The notes beneath the pieces are model-generated. The model was not told the origin of the DNA, made no database searches, and saw only the letters and a list, made by a program, of their open reading frames with translations. From Coniocarpon cinnabarinum (lineage: Eukaryota), in assembly GCA_051942205.1 (NCBI GenBank), contig JAVECO010000012.1, positions 1 through 64,000 on the forward strand: a stretch of 64,000 nucleotides of DNA. The letters run 5' to 3'. Of this stretch, positions 1 through 11,518 are shown piece by piece. Numbering within the stretch: the stretch's first letter is position 1; every line of letters starts with the position of its first letter. The translations under genes were made by a program, and so were the position numbers.

Positions 1-620
1 GTATCTATAAATAATTTAATAACTATATAATCTAAAAATAATAAATTAACTTTAAATTAAGTAATTTATAAAGTTATTATTTATTTTAATAACTATTAAA
101 CTCTCTACTATTTATATAGCATATTTTATATAATTTAATAAAACTTAAATAACTTTTTTTACTTAAAAAAAAAACTAAAGAATATATTTAAAAAATATTT
201 TTTTTATTATATAAACTTTATATAGAATAATTAAATAGTTCTTTTTATAAATTAGTTTTTCTAAAGTATTTAAATACTTTAAACTAAATCTAATTAGATC
301 TAGTTTCTTATTACTAGCTTTTCTTCTTCTACTTTTAATAAATATATATATTATATAACTTATATATAATCTACTTCTTATTTTCTAAGCTATTTAGCTA
401 TTATATATATAACTTATATATATAAAATATATATAATAGTTATATTAATATTATTAAAATTTACTACTATAATTAGTATATATATATATATCTACTATAG
501 TAATTTTAATTATATTAATATATATATAAATAATTACTAATATTTTTTTTATATATAGAAGTAATATACCGCTCTTTAGCTCTAGTTATATAATATAGAG
601 CTTATATATGTATTAGCTCT
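1..620. repeat. AT-rich, RIP-mutated block (probable degenerate repeat/transposon relic), open at the left window edge
   Basis: Very AT-rich, TpA abundant, CpA/TpG almost absent by eye, no ORFs; composition shifts to balanced GC over ~560-700. This matches the known signature of repeat-induced point mutation. The element family cannot be identified. Confidence 0.8.
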
Positions 621-914
621 ATACTACCTACAATAAGATCGACTATATTAAGGTCTACGGCGATCTTAGCTAGTGGTGACTAAAGGGACTGCTAGCGACT
701 ACATAGTATAGATGACGAGCACCGGACGCGAAGCAGATAAACTTCTGTCCACATCTTACAGGGCGATACGCAGCTCTGAAAGTGTCTCGGCGTCGGCTGA
801 GGCATCGCGCTCAAATTCACGCAATTGCTCTGTAAATTTGCGGGCGCTGATATTCAGTAAGCTGTTATAGAAGACACGTGGTGTAACGATCGTTTCGGCC
901 GCGGTCTCGTCCAG
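620..914 (-). pseudogene. Possible RIP-damaged coding remnant next to the AT-rich block
   Basis: One minus frame reads LDETAAETIVTPRVFYNSLLNISARKFTEQLREFERDASADAETLSELRIAL*DVDRSLSASRPVLVIYTM*SLAVPLVTTS*DRRRP*; these stops are TAA/TAG and become denser toward the AT block. Confidence 0.35.
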
Positions 915-1478
915 TCAAGCGCCGTAAAGTGTGCTATGTAAGATCATTCTTGCAGTGCTGTACATACACACCGGAACGGGGACACTGGATAGGATGTGCG
1001 CGCTCCAACACAAGCTCTTTTCGGCTTGGTCCAGCTCCAGCGCGTAGCCCTTGTTTCCACCGCCGTATACATACCTCCAGGCCCGCCGCTAGGTTTGTGC
1101 CAAGAGAGTGAGACAGAAGCGAGTCCGAGCGATTCTCTCTAGCCACTGCGCCATACGCATCGCGCGGCCTAGCTCTTACACTTTCGCTTCCCCTAAACTG
1201 AATCAAGGAATATGATGATCGTACGAAAAGAAGTAGGGCGTCCGTTGTGTGTGTGTGCTGCTGCAAAAGAGATATATTTGCAATACTACCTACTTGTTTC
1301 AAAGCACGTCTCTGCTTTCTGTTCTCGAAGCTGCCCCCTTCGCGCCCTTTTCTGCCACTCGCATCTTTTACCAGTCGTCAGGCTGTGATTCAAAGACTGG
1401 TTTCTGCCAACCATCTCGACCACAGGTCACTAGTCATATTCGCTTCTTTTACACTTGGCAAGAGTGACAAAAAGAGCC

Positions 1479-2871
1479 ATGGCGCACAGCTTGAACTCGC
1501 TGACTGCCCATATCACTTCTGTGTTGGGCCATCTCTCGGCACCTGAGAATGAGGATGAGCATGTGCGCATGAAGCTACTCGGAGAGCTTGAAAAACTCCG
1601 TACAGCATTGGAAACTCCCCAGGCTGCGCTGCAGAAGCTTTTGTTTGACGTGAGTGGCTGTTTCTCACGCCCCGCTCGGTGATCAACTAAACACATATGA
1701 TCCAGGGCTCAGCTCTTACCGCTGCCCGAGTTGCGCAGAGTATGGGTCTTTTCGACGCACTGGCGAGGTCACCGCATTCTGCCCAAACAGTAGAACAGCT
1801 GCATGCCCACACTAAGGGCGATAAGGCTTTCCTTGGTGAGCTCTTGCATGATTTCTGGCATTGTACACGCACTCAGCTTCGAAGGTCCTAACAGAGCCTT
1901 CAGAGCGTATACTCCGGTTGCTGTATGCAGAAGGCAAGTTCGTGGAGAGGATGAGTCGCGATAGCTACAAGCCAATGCAGTTAGCACTGATGCTGGTGAA
2001 TGCATCTCCGGCCGCGGACGCGATCAAGCACATGTAGGCGAACCGTGACAGACCTTCTGCTTCGGCATGAGCTTTCTCGGACTTACACGCTTGCAGCTAC
2101 CCAAATCTCCAGATGTACGGCAAATTCAACGACTATGGCGTAGCGAATGGCTTTCAGACTCCCGGAGATGCGTTCAAAGCGCCGTTCCAATCCACCTTTG
2201 ACACCAACAAACACTACTTTGAGTGGCTAAATGATCATTCAGAAGAACAACGCGCCTTCAACTCTACAATGGCGATGAGTCGTGCAATGCGGGACTCCGA
2301 TTGGCTCAACAAGTTCCCCGTGAACGAGAAGCTGACCACGGCCCAGGACCAAGTCAGTTTTGTTGATATTGGTGGGGGCACCGGTGAGGACATTCTGGCC
2401 ATTCGGGAGAAATACCCTCATGTAGCTGGGAAGATGGTGCTAGAAGAGCTGCCACAGGTCATTGATAGCATAGCAAGACCTTTGCCAGTGGGAGTCGAAG
2501 CCATCCAGTATGACATGTTTACGCCACAGCCCGTCAAGTCTGCAAAAGTCTATCACTTGCGCTCAGTTCTGCACGATTGGCCGGACAAGCAAGCTTTGCA
2601 AATCTTGGGACGGATCAGAGAGGCAATGAACAGAGAGTCAACCTTGTTGCTACACGAATCTACATACCCTGATGAAAACTCTGCACACGAAGCTATCGCA
2701 ACTGCAGCCCATGTCGACCTAATGATGATGCTTCACTTCGCGTCGCTTGAGCGCACAGAGGAGCAGTGGATTCAATTACTCAAAGAGGCTGGATTTGCAC
2801 TCGTCAAAGTATGGAAGCCCGAATTGCCAGGCTCAAGTTCAACTGTGCTCTTCGAAGCAAAGCTTGTGTAG
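1479..2871 (+). CDS. SAM-dependent O-methyltransferase (Methyltransf_2/OmtA-like), 4 exons
   Basis: ATG at 1479; GT-AG introns from 1650, ~1835 and ~2034 join the exons into ORF 2113-2871. SAM motif FVDIGGGTG, YDMFTPQPVK, catalytic LRSVLHDWPD, ERTEEQWIQLL. Confidence 0.9.
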
Positions 2872-3261
2872 CCAATCTTTGACCGGGTGGACTTTAGCTC
2901 GTCATCGCAATTGGCCAAGATGGGTGTGGATGTAGCGTGAACACAAACCAGGCTCGAAGTGCGAGTACATCGAGTAGACTCCAAAGCTGGCTCGTAAGCT
3001 GCTAGTCCTGCCACACGATTAATGTTGGCACATGGTTGAGTCAAGGATAATTCAGCTTTATCATAGTAAACCCATTCTTGGTGATCTAGCCAAGCGACCG
3101 CGCGAGTTGTTGAGCACATCTTTTGAAACCCCATATGATCATCTCTGCACGTCGCGATTGCTGCAATTGGTCTGCAAATCCGCTCGCGCACTTTTCGAGT
3201 TGCCCTTGCTCAAGATATTGAGATAGAGTTCAGTTCTTAATACCAGATAACAATGATTGAC

Positions 3262-5156
3262 CTAGAACAACCATGAAATGTATGGTCGAGCACGCGTCAA
3301 CCTGCACAAGTGACTTTTAGCTCCTTGCGTTTTCCTCTGCGATGGTAAGGTTGTGCAAGATGGATACATTGACTTCTCTCCCAATATCTCACTTACAGCA
3401 ATCCTCCTAGAGATTGGGCAAAGAAGAGGTCGGACAAAGGAAATAAGAGTGATTGCGTGAATATGGGCAGTGGGAATATGGACGGCGGGGAACAACTTAC
3501 CAGGATCTTTCCTGGACCATGTTCGTACCTGCATACTGCGTCCCTCCTGTCGGCGCCCAAATCGCGTCAGTGTCCAAGTCCATCGCATCGATGCGCACCA
3601 GTGAATACCAATTTCGCTTCCAAATGCACCACAGCAGGTAGAAGAATGGTACAATCAGCAGCTCGACGTAGTAAGAGAAAAACTCGCTTGTGTCCCAAGG
3701 GGCAAAAGAGGACCAGCCCTGAATCAGGACTATGAAGGATGATCCCAGGACAACGACCCAGGGTCCCCAAGGCTGAATCCAGCTACGGTAGCTGAGTCGA
3801 TCGAGCTTTCCCTGAGCTTTCAACGCCCAACGAAAACGGATCGATGCAATGCCAATGGAGATCCACGCGAGTTGATTCGACACCCCAACAAGATTTTGCA
3901 GCCAGGTCCAGAGCTGGCCAGCGCCGATGTATGAGGAGCCAAAGCACAAGCCTGAGATGCTGGCAGTGGATAGCAGTGCAACCCAAGGGACATATGTGTA
4001 CGGTGAGACCGAGGCGAAGACTGCAGGAGCCTGTTTGACAGCAGCCAAGGAGTACAGTAGCCGAGTACCAGCATACAAAGCATGATTGGCTGCACTCAAT
4101 ACACTGGTCAGAATCACGGCATTAATGAAGGAGCCTGCCACGTTTGAGCCTGCTTGCTGGAAAACGATGGTGAATGGCGAAGTTATGGCTTCCCCTGAAT
4201 CGAGATCCGGGTAAGTATATGGCACGTTCAATCCGATGATGAGTATGGAGAGAACGTAGAACAGGAGGATGCGGAAGAAGACATTGCGCACGGTCTTTGG
4301 AATCACTCGCGCAGGGTCACGGGTCTCCCCAGCGGTGATACCAATGCTCTCTGTCCCACCATATGCGAATGCGGCAGAGACAAAGACCGACGCAAATCCA
4401 CCGATGCCGTCAACGAATGGCGCATCTGGTATATGCCAGTTATGACCACCAATGTAAGCGTGATTGGTGTTGGCGCCTGCGTTGACACAAATACCTAAGA
4501 CAATGAAGACAATGATTGTCGCAACCTTGAGCAGAGACAGAATATATTCTCACAGTCCAAATGTCAGCCGGCTGCCTTCGTGTACTTCACTTCGTCTGTG
4601 GAACTCGTTCATACGGGTCGATCAACTCACCCATTTCTCCGTAGGACCTGACAGAGACCAAGTTGACACCCACAATAAAAGCCAGGAAGATCAAAGACAC
4701 GACCCATGACGGGAAATTCTCGTTCCAATAGGCAATGAGCAGCTGCGCTGCAACCAAATCGGCAGCTGTAGAGATGGCATCGTTGGCCCAGTAATTCCAC
4801 TGGATAGCGAAGCCGAACGGTTCGTTGACAAAGCGCGACGCGTATACGCCGAACGAGCCAGAGATCGGCATATAAGCAGCCATCTCTCCCAGACTCAGCA
4901 TAACGAAGTATACCAGCACGCCAATGATTGCATATCCTATGAGCAACGATGCCGGTCCGCCGGTGGAGAGACTCTTGCCAGTGCCTAGGAAGAGACCACT
5001 GCCGATAGTCCCGCCCAAAGCTATCATCTGCACCTGCCGAGCAGACAGTCGTCGAGCCAGCGCGGGTCCATGGGCGCTCGCATCGTCCGTGTGGGGATAG
5101 CTGTTCACAGTCTCTATACTGGGTTCGGCGGACTTGGGTTGAGGCGTCTTGTCCAT
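3262..5156 (-). CDS. Amino-acid permease (APC superfamily, yeast amino acid transporter family)
   Basis: RQVQMIALGGTIGSGLFLGTG, FAYGGTESIGITAGE and many TM helices. Intron 4549-4630. A probable 3' intron 3302-3500 gives the C-terminus SWLTRARPYISWLF*; without it the stop is at 3497. Confidence 0.92.
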
Positions 5157-5795
5157 CTCAGCCGCTGTCGCCTTGCTCTGATTGGGGCAGAGCCTCGAAG
5201 CAACAAGGAGCGCATGATGCTGAAGAGACTGGAGTCCGCTCTAGAGAAGAGAATTGAGGAAGTATGGCGTGATCACAATGTTACATTTGAGTGCGCTCAA
5301 TGATAAGGTTCAAGGTTCTCCCTAAGACACGGCTCACGCTCTGCCTAATTTAGTATGTTCTGGAACACGTGACTTGGCGCTGAATTTCGCTTCCTGGGAA
5401 CACTGCCGTCGACTCTACCACAACAACAATTTGCACTGATATCATTCTTGCAGGTGCTCTTCCGTTATAATATGAAGCAAAGATTAACGGGCACGTAGTG
5501 AAGTGTCATTCAGACTCAATCTGTCCAAGCTAAGGTGGACAAGTACTTGACATGGGTCGAGTGATTGTATTTTGCGCGACCCCATTAATAGGCTGATCTA
5601 ACCGTAAATTACTGTTAGTGACTGCTCACGTCGCGCAGCTGGTATTAATACCAGTGTACGAAAGCTCAATCGAATTTGAATATCTGAGGTACCTCTTCCT
5701 AGGGTCGCCAGCGAGCCCACAGTACATTGTTACCTGGTCAGACCTTCACGTCTCGTCCAGCAGTCATGAGTCATGTGGGTTTTCTCTCCCAATAG

Positions 5796-6311
5796 TTACT
5801 CGCCATCCCCTTCCCTTTTACCAATTTGAACCCCTCCTCCTCGTAGATATTCTTGGCTTTATCGGCGGCGGAGTGGATGCGAATGGCTTTCTGACCATGC
5901 TGCTGAACAGCATGCCTCACAAGAAGAGTTGCGGCACCTCTGCGCTGATGGTCTTCGTGAGTGATTAGGTACGATAAGACTATTGGAGGTTAGATCGTGC
6001 CCAGCGGGTGGCATAATACTCCGAGGAACCTGCGGTAGCTTACTCCATCTTCCATTTCCGGTTCTCTCGTCGGTCTCGCCGTTGGTCTCATTGTCTTCCC
6101 TTATTATCGTATATCCCACAACTTTTTCGGAGTCCTCAGGGTCTGCAGCCACGTACAACTTCTTGCTCGACTCCTTCAAGTTCCCTTGCAAGTTATCTTT
6201 CGTTCTTTTCGTGAGTTCTTCGTCGCCTTGAACATCAGGATCACACTCAGCCATCATTTGCAGGTCCTTTTTCTCTGCATTGCGGATCGTCCAATTGGTA
6301 TAGGATGTCAT
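5796..6311 (-). CDS. GNAT-family N-acetyltransferase, 2 exons (~150 aa)
   Basis: Removing intron 5980-6043 (GTAAGC..CTAAC..TAG) joins ...LYVAADPEDSEKVVGY...GRW to ILSYLITHEDHQRRGAATLLVRHAVQQHGQKAIRIHSAADKAKNIYEEEGFKLV. QRRGxA (acetyl-CoA motif A) and YxxxGF (motif B) are present. Confidence 0.8.
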
Positions 6312-7705
6312 GAATCAAAAAGCACAGAATGGATCACCTCACGGAGGTATCAAGGATGAGAGGAATCGAAGGAAGGGAAACAATTTTGCTCAAAAGCTTT
6401 AAAAAGAACGTCTTTGCTGTGTATCTGCACATTCGTTGGAATCTGCAACCACGACATTATTTATAAATAGCATTGGTAGACAATGCACCTCGATCGTCCG
6501 TGTGTGACCCGAGTATTCCGTTTGATTGTGGGAGGACAGCGACGGTCGTCCTTCTCCAACCTCGACGCTTCATTGCGGCATTGGAGGACGAGAGTCCTCA
6601 ATCATCCGTATTCGACCCTGGCATTCCGTTCGCTTGATGAAGAATCCAATGCCGGTCATTCTGCTTCAGCCTGGTCCTTGAACGTTTCGTGGCGGCATAC
6701 AGCGGTTTTCAATTCCTACCTATGGATGAAACTGCTAGACTCATGACTGCAAGGCAGTCCATCCGCTGGCACCCTCGTCATACCTTGCAGTGCCAGTACA
6801 AACAAAGGATTTTGTCTGCTTTGTGACGGTGGTAAAGTGGGCTTAGCAAAATATGCGACTGCCTTTCTTCGTCTTCCAGCAGGTGGCAATCAGTAATGCT
6901 TTGAGCAGACGCTTGAGCACGCTTTGGATCGTGCCAGGGTGGACATGTCAGGCTTTACCTAAGGTTGAGCTGTATTGTCCCATCGAGCACGCATGAGTTT
7001 TGGTCATCATCTGCATTCAAGTATTCTGGTCTTGCGGAGGCATGTCTGCAATCAACACGAGCGCCTGAGCGAGACGACGCGAGCCAGAAAGAACGGACAA
7101 AGACATGGCTCGTCACTTGCCTAATCAAGTCACTCCCAATGTTCATCACATGACATGTCGCCGGTCCACGCTCCTCTAGGAACACCCGACTTAACATAAC
7201 AATAACGAGCACTGGTAATGAACTCGACCTTTGGAATCCGTCTCGCATACGCAGCTTCCCGCTGCGTTCTTAGGATGCCTGACGCCGCCGCGTCTTCTGC
7301 TGCTCCCTTGTCATATTCGCAAATGGGTTTCATCTTGAAACGCTGACTGCTTCTCTGTCATCTTGCCCGCCAAGAAGGCCAAATATCACAATCGCTTCTC
7401 AATCAAATATACGAGGACGCATGATGTCCCATTTCGCCAGTCTGCTTCTCTTTCAGTCTCCTGTCACTTTCATTGCGACCTATTTCTACGCTGTTTTCGT
7501 TCATTCAATCATCGTCTTGATCCTTTCCTTTCGAGCTTGAGTTCCGTTGCCCATCTCTGCAGCACATGTGCCGTGATTGTCACGAAAGGCTCTCATTCCA
7601 CTCGTCCTGCTCCACCGCGCTTGCCTTGCCAAGCTTCGCATTGCCTAGAGAGCAGTGTAACTCCACTACAGGTCGATCAGGGTGACTGACGCAACCACCC
7701 CAACA

Positions 7706-8013
7706 ATGACACGTGAGTATAGCCCTCATCGAACATGCGGACATTTTGCTGACTAGATACAGGCCATCATTCCCAATGGGAGACTCCCGGCAAGGTCGCG
7801 ACCGTCGTCTCAATCGTCGCCGGTTCAATCACCATATACGACAAAGTCACAGCAGTGAAACATAATAAACACAAACACAGGAAGGCAGGCTCGCATAGAC
7901 ATCACAAGATGGGACATGTAGATGGCTCGTCACCGTACTATCTACCCTACGAATCGGACCGCAAATACTCAAGAAACGCCAGACGAAGATTGCCGGCCTA
8001 TGAGCGATACTAG
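7706..8013 (+). CDS. Putative 85-aa orphan protein with a 7-nt first coding exon
   Basis: CAACA-ATG-ACA-C|GTGAGT..GCTGAC..CAG| (intron 7713-7762) gives an open frame MTRHHSQWETPGKVATVVSIVAGSITIYDKVTAVKHNKHKHRKAGSHRHHK...PAYERY*; a CT-rich leader lies upstream. Confidence 0.5.
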
Positions 8014-8429
8014 TAGTGCAATCTTTTCTCACAACTGACGTACGGTGTGGCTCCTGTCGTGCACAACTTGTGTTTCGCTATAGGAATGAGCCTTCTTCTC
8101 ACCGACTGAAGCTCAACAAGCTCTTCAAGAATGTACAAGAGACAAGCAGACATCCAGAGATCGCCGCGTTGGAGGAGCGTTCTCCGATTTCTCGACGACA
8201 CCCATGATAACTTTGTTCATCAAAGGAAGAGCACACACGGTCTTGCCTCCACGATAAGCAAAGCGCAAAGTCAAAGTCTTCGCCCAAATCATGTTCCATA
8301 TTTGCCCACTGGCGAGACGATCAACACTGAAGATCCAATGTCAACACATTACAACCAGGTGGTCAGAGATGAGCGGATTAGTGCAATGGTATTCAAACCG
8401 CATCTCTTAGTGATCCAAAAGAGTCAGGC

Positions 8430-9914
8430 CTAGTTCACGACACGTTGCTTGACGACATTCGGCACAGCATCCACCAACCTTCCTTTCCAACTGCTCGCGC
8501 GCTGTCCATCGTCAACCTTTGGGGTACTCATCTTCATCCGTGCATTTTCCAAACGCTCATTCGAGCTTCGCATTGCTTCGATCAACTCTTCAAGCGAGGA
8601 CCTGGCCATATCCAGGTAAAAGTTCTCGTACTTCTCCTGGAAGCTTTTCAACTCCGACTTGATCGTACGCAATGCCGAGATGACCAGTTGCATGGCCGTG
8701 CTGGCTTGTTCATAATAGCGCGTGAGTTCTTGCAATAGTTGTTTGTGGTTCACATCGCGCGCGTATTGATTTGGGTTCCAAACGCTATCCCACAGCTGGA
8801 CCAGGATCATCGAATTCGGCTGCATTTTGAGCTCCTCGCTGGTGAAGAATGAGAGACTTTGCAAGGTGCTTTGGATCGCTGTGAACTCGCGGTCCAGGTC
8901 GCGCGCAAGATCCATTGTCTTATCGACTCGCGTTGATATCTCTTTCGCTGATTCAAGCAGCGTGTGACGCAACTCCTCTTCCGGCGCTTCAGAGAAGAGG
9001 CGAAATATCGTAAACTTCGAGGCATCGTCTTGAGCTTTCTGAAGTCGCCTCGATGCATGCCCGTTTGTGAGGATCGCTGAATCAATAAGCCGGTCAAAGT
9101 TGGGTGTGAAGTCGTGCAGCTTTCTGTCGATCTTGTATTAGCGCTGGAGTTGTAATAACGATCCTTACGGGCGGCAGACATACCTCGCAGCGTCTCCGGT
9201 ATGCTCTTCAAGGGATATCAGGCGATTTCCGATCTGGCCACTGTACTGCAGCTCGCTTGCAGCAACGTTATGTCTCAGCTTTGCGATCGAGAGCTCATTT
9301 CTGTCCATGTATTCAGCCAGCTCATGGTTCTGGCCGACCAGAAGTCTAGCCTCACTGATGCGGTCCTGTGGAGAGATGAATTCGGTAGAGTTCAGCGGTG
9401 TTCCTTCAACGCCGGTAAAGCCGCAGTACGGAAGCCAAGGTCCAATAAATGGCGCACTGCACATTATCGTGCCGCCAATTCCGGGTAAAGTTGAGGCACT
9501 GCTGGTCCATGCACTTGGCCGCTCGTATGAGCCGAAAGGGATGAGATACTGGGTGATCCTTGAACCAAATATTGGCGACAGAGCGTGTCCAATGCCCAGG
9601 AAAGCGACGTTCAACGACGCGACCAGCAGCCATATGAATACGAGAAACATGAGCAGGATGCGGAACCAAGGCCACAGCCACCCGATAACGCTACATATGT
9701 CTCCAAAGATGTCTCGCAGGAAAGCAGATGACGGGTGGCGTTGTTCACCTTTTGCAGACGGATTGTCAGTTCGGCGATTGCCTCCTACAGCCGGCGTAGC
9801 TGTGCGCTTTCGCCCTCGCCGTCTCAGTTGCTCCTTTTCCTCGTCTGAGCTCATGAACGTTCCTGGAGCACGGAACCGTCCTCTCTCTTCTTCGAAGCTG
9901 CGCTTGAATGACAT
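8430..9914 (-). CDS. Hypothetical membrane-anchored coiled-coil protein (~474 aa), 2 exons
   Basis: Intron 9124-9183 (GTATGT..CTAAT..CAG) joins ORFs 9165-9914 and 8430-8972 in frame. Hydrophobic segment WLWPWFRILLMFLVFIWLLVASLNVAFLGI is followed by long heptad-like helices. Confidence 0.75.
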
Positions 9915-11518
9915 GGCGTTGGTCTGAGTTGCTACGACCCTGCTCTTGACTGATGAATGGCAATATTATGCCTACTACTTGACACAACCTTTGGTTAGAA
10001 ATCGCATGCGCGGCACTTGTGCTCCCAATACGCTAACAACCTTTCCAATGTCATTGCATGCGTAATAGAAATTATGATGCTGGTTGTCATGTAGAAATTC
10101 TTAATGTGGATTGGCAAAAGGTGCATAGGTAGAAGACGAAAGCGATACGTCACCAGCCTACTGTTTGCTCATTCTCGTGACAAAGGGTGTTTGCCTGATC
10201 ATTAAACAATTGCAGCGGTAGCTAAATGGCCCTCAGTTTAAGATTTTTCGCGGTAAAGCTGGGTCGTGAACGAAATTGTGACACTGCGTCTTTCCAAAAA
10301 GGCTCGAGAGACGTTTCAAGTTCACACTGCAGCGTCTAGAAGTGACCCGGTGACAATACGATTCTGATATCTTTCACGCCGCTTCGTCACAGCGAGCATA
10401 TACGCACATTCCTGAATAGGTATCCTGCCACATGTGAAACACGACGCTACGTCACACGTCTGAGACGTCTCTTCCTTCACAAATCACAATCTCCATCATG
10501 GCCTGAATTGCGCAAGTTGTTGTTGCCATACGGCAGACACTCTCAAGGTCGAGCGATAAGGCGACGAGATCTCCCTCAGTACCGGAATCCAAACCCGTGG
10601 CAGACAGATCTTCTTGCCACTGGAGTACTATTTGCCAGGGACTTGCCTCAGTTCGGGAAGGATAGGGCCCAGGTCTTTGATTCAGAGCTTTGCAACGAGG
10701 AATACGTCCGCGCGAGTCGCATGTGTGTCAAGTGAACAGCAGCAACACTCCACGTCAAACGCATGATCACGGCATTGCGGCTCACAGCATTGCGGCTCCT
10801 CTAATGCGACAGTAAAACTAACCACCAAATCTGCATCAATTAGTAGAACGGGCATGAAAATTTTCGTGTTTAAATGAGAGTAGCTAGGCTCTCCTCCCGC
10901 TATGTTCCTCAACCAGCATAGCAATCTCTCACTCTTCAATATCTCCGCTTGTATATTTTCGTATTTTTGTTGTTGCCTGCCGAGCGGCGGGACTGACTTC
11001 ACTGACCTCGTGCTACAGCACAATCAGCTTTCTGTTGAAGTGAGTCTGCGCTGACAAGACTTGGACAGTCATTGGCGGATCTGTCACTGCATACTGCGAC
11101 TGCTGCAGTGTGCCAGATTTGCAATGGCGACCGTACGTCAGTCTGATCCTCGTCCATCGCTTTTTGTCACGCGTGGGAGTGAGCCTGTACTCGCACAGCA
11201 TGGCAGACGCATCCATGCCTTCGTTTCACGGCCTTGTAACCCATTATAGACGGGCAGGAATTTCGCGGGCCTGCCGCCCTCCCTCTTTCGGCAGCGGCTC
11301 TCATAACCACCAAAACTTTCAGATGGCTGCATTTCAGGGGCTCGGGGCGCTGGAGATAAGTCCTCGCGCCTATGTCAACCGCGAACAAGGATGTGGATCC
11401 TGTAGCAGGCAGTAGAGATGTTGACGGCTCAGCTGGTTGTGTGTTCGCCGAGCAGCGTGTGGGTCTTCATGCCTTCGTATGCTGTCTGAGTTGAAGACTT
11501 GTGACCAAACCGGTCGGT

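Noticed and set aside
1..620. Telomere, centromere or Starship boundary
   Set aside because: No TTAGGG array, terminal repeat or tyrosine-recombinase gene visible; the block is cut by the window edge.
10480..10740. Strong start context (CACAATCTCCATC-ATG-GCC) followed at once by TGA; possible pseudogene
   Set aside because: No recognisable protein motif or splice solution; cannot be told apart from intergenic DNA.
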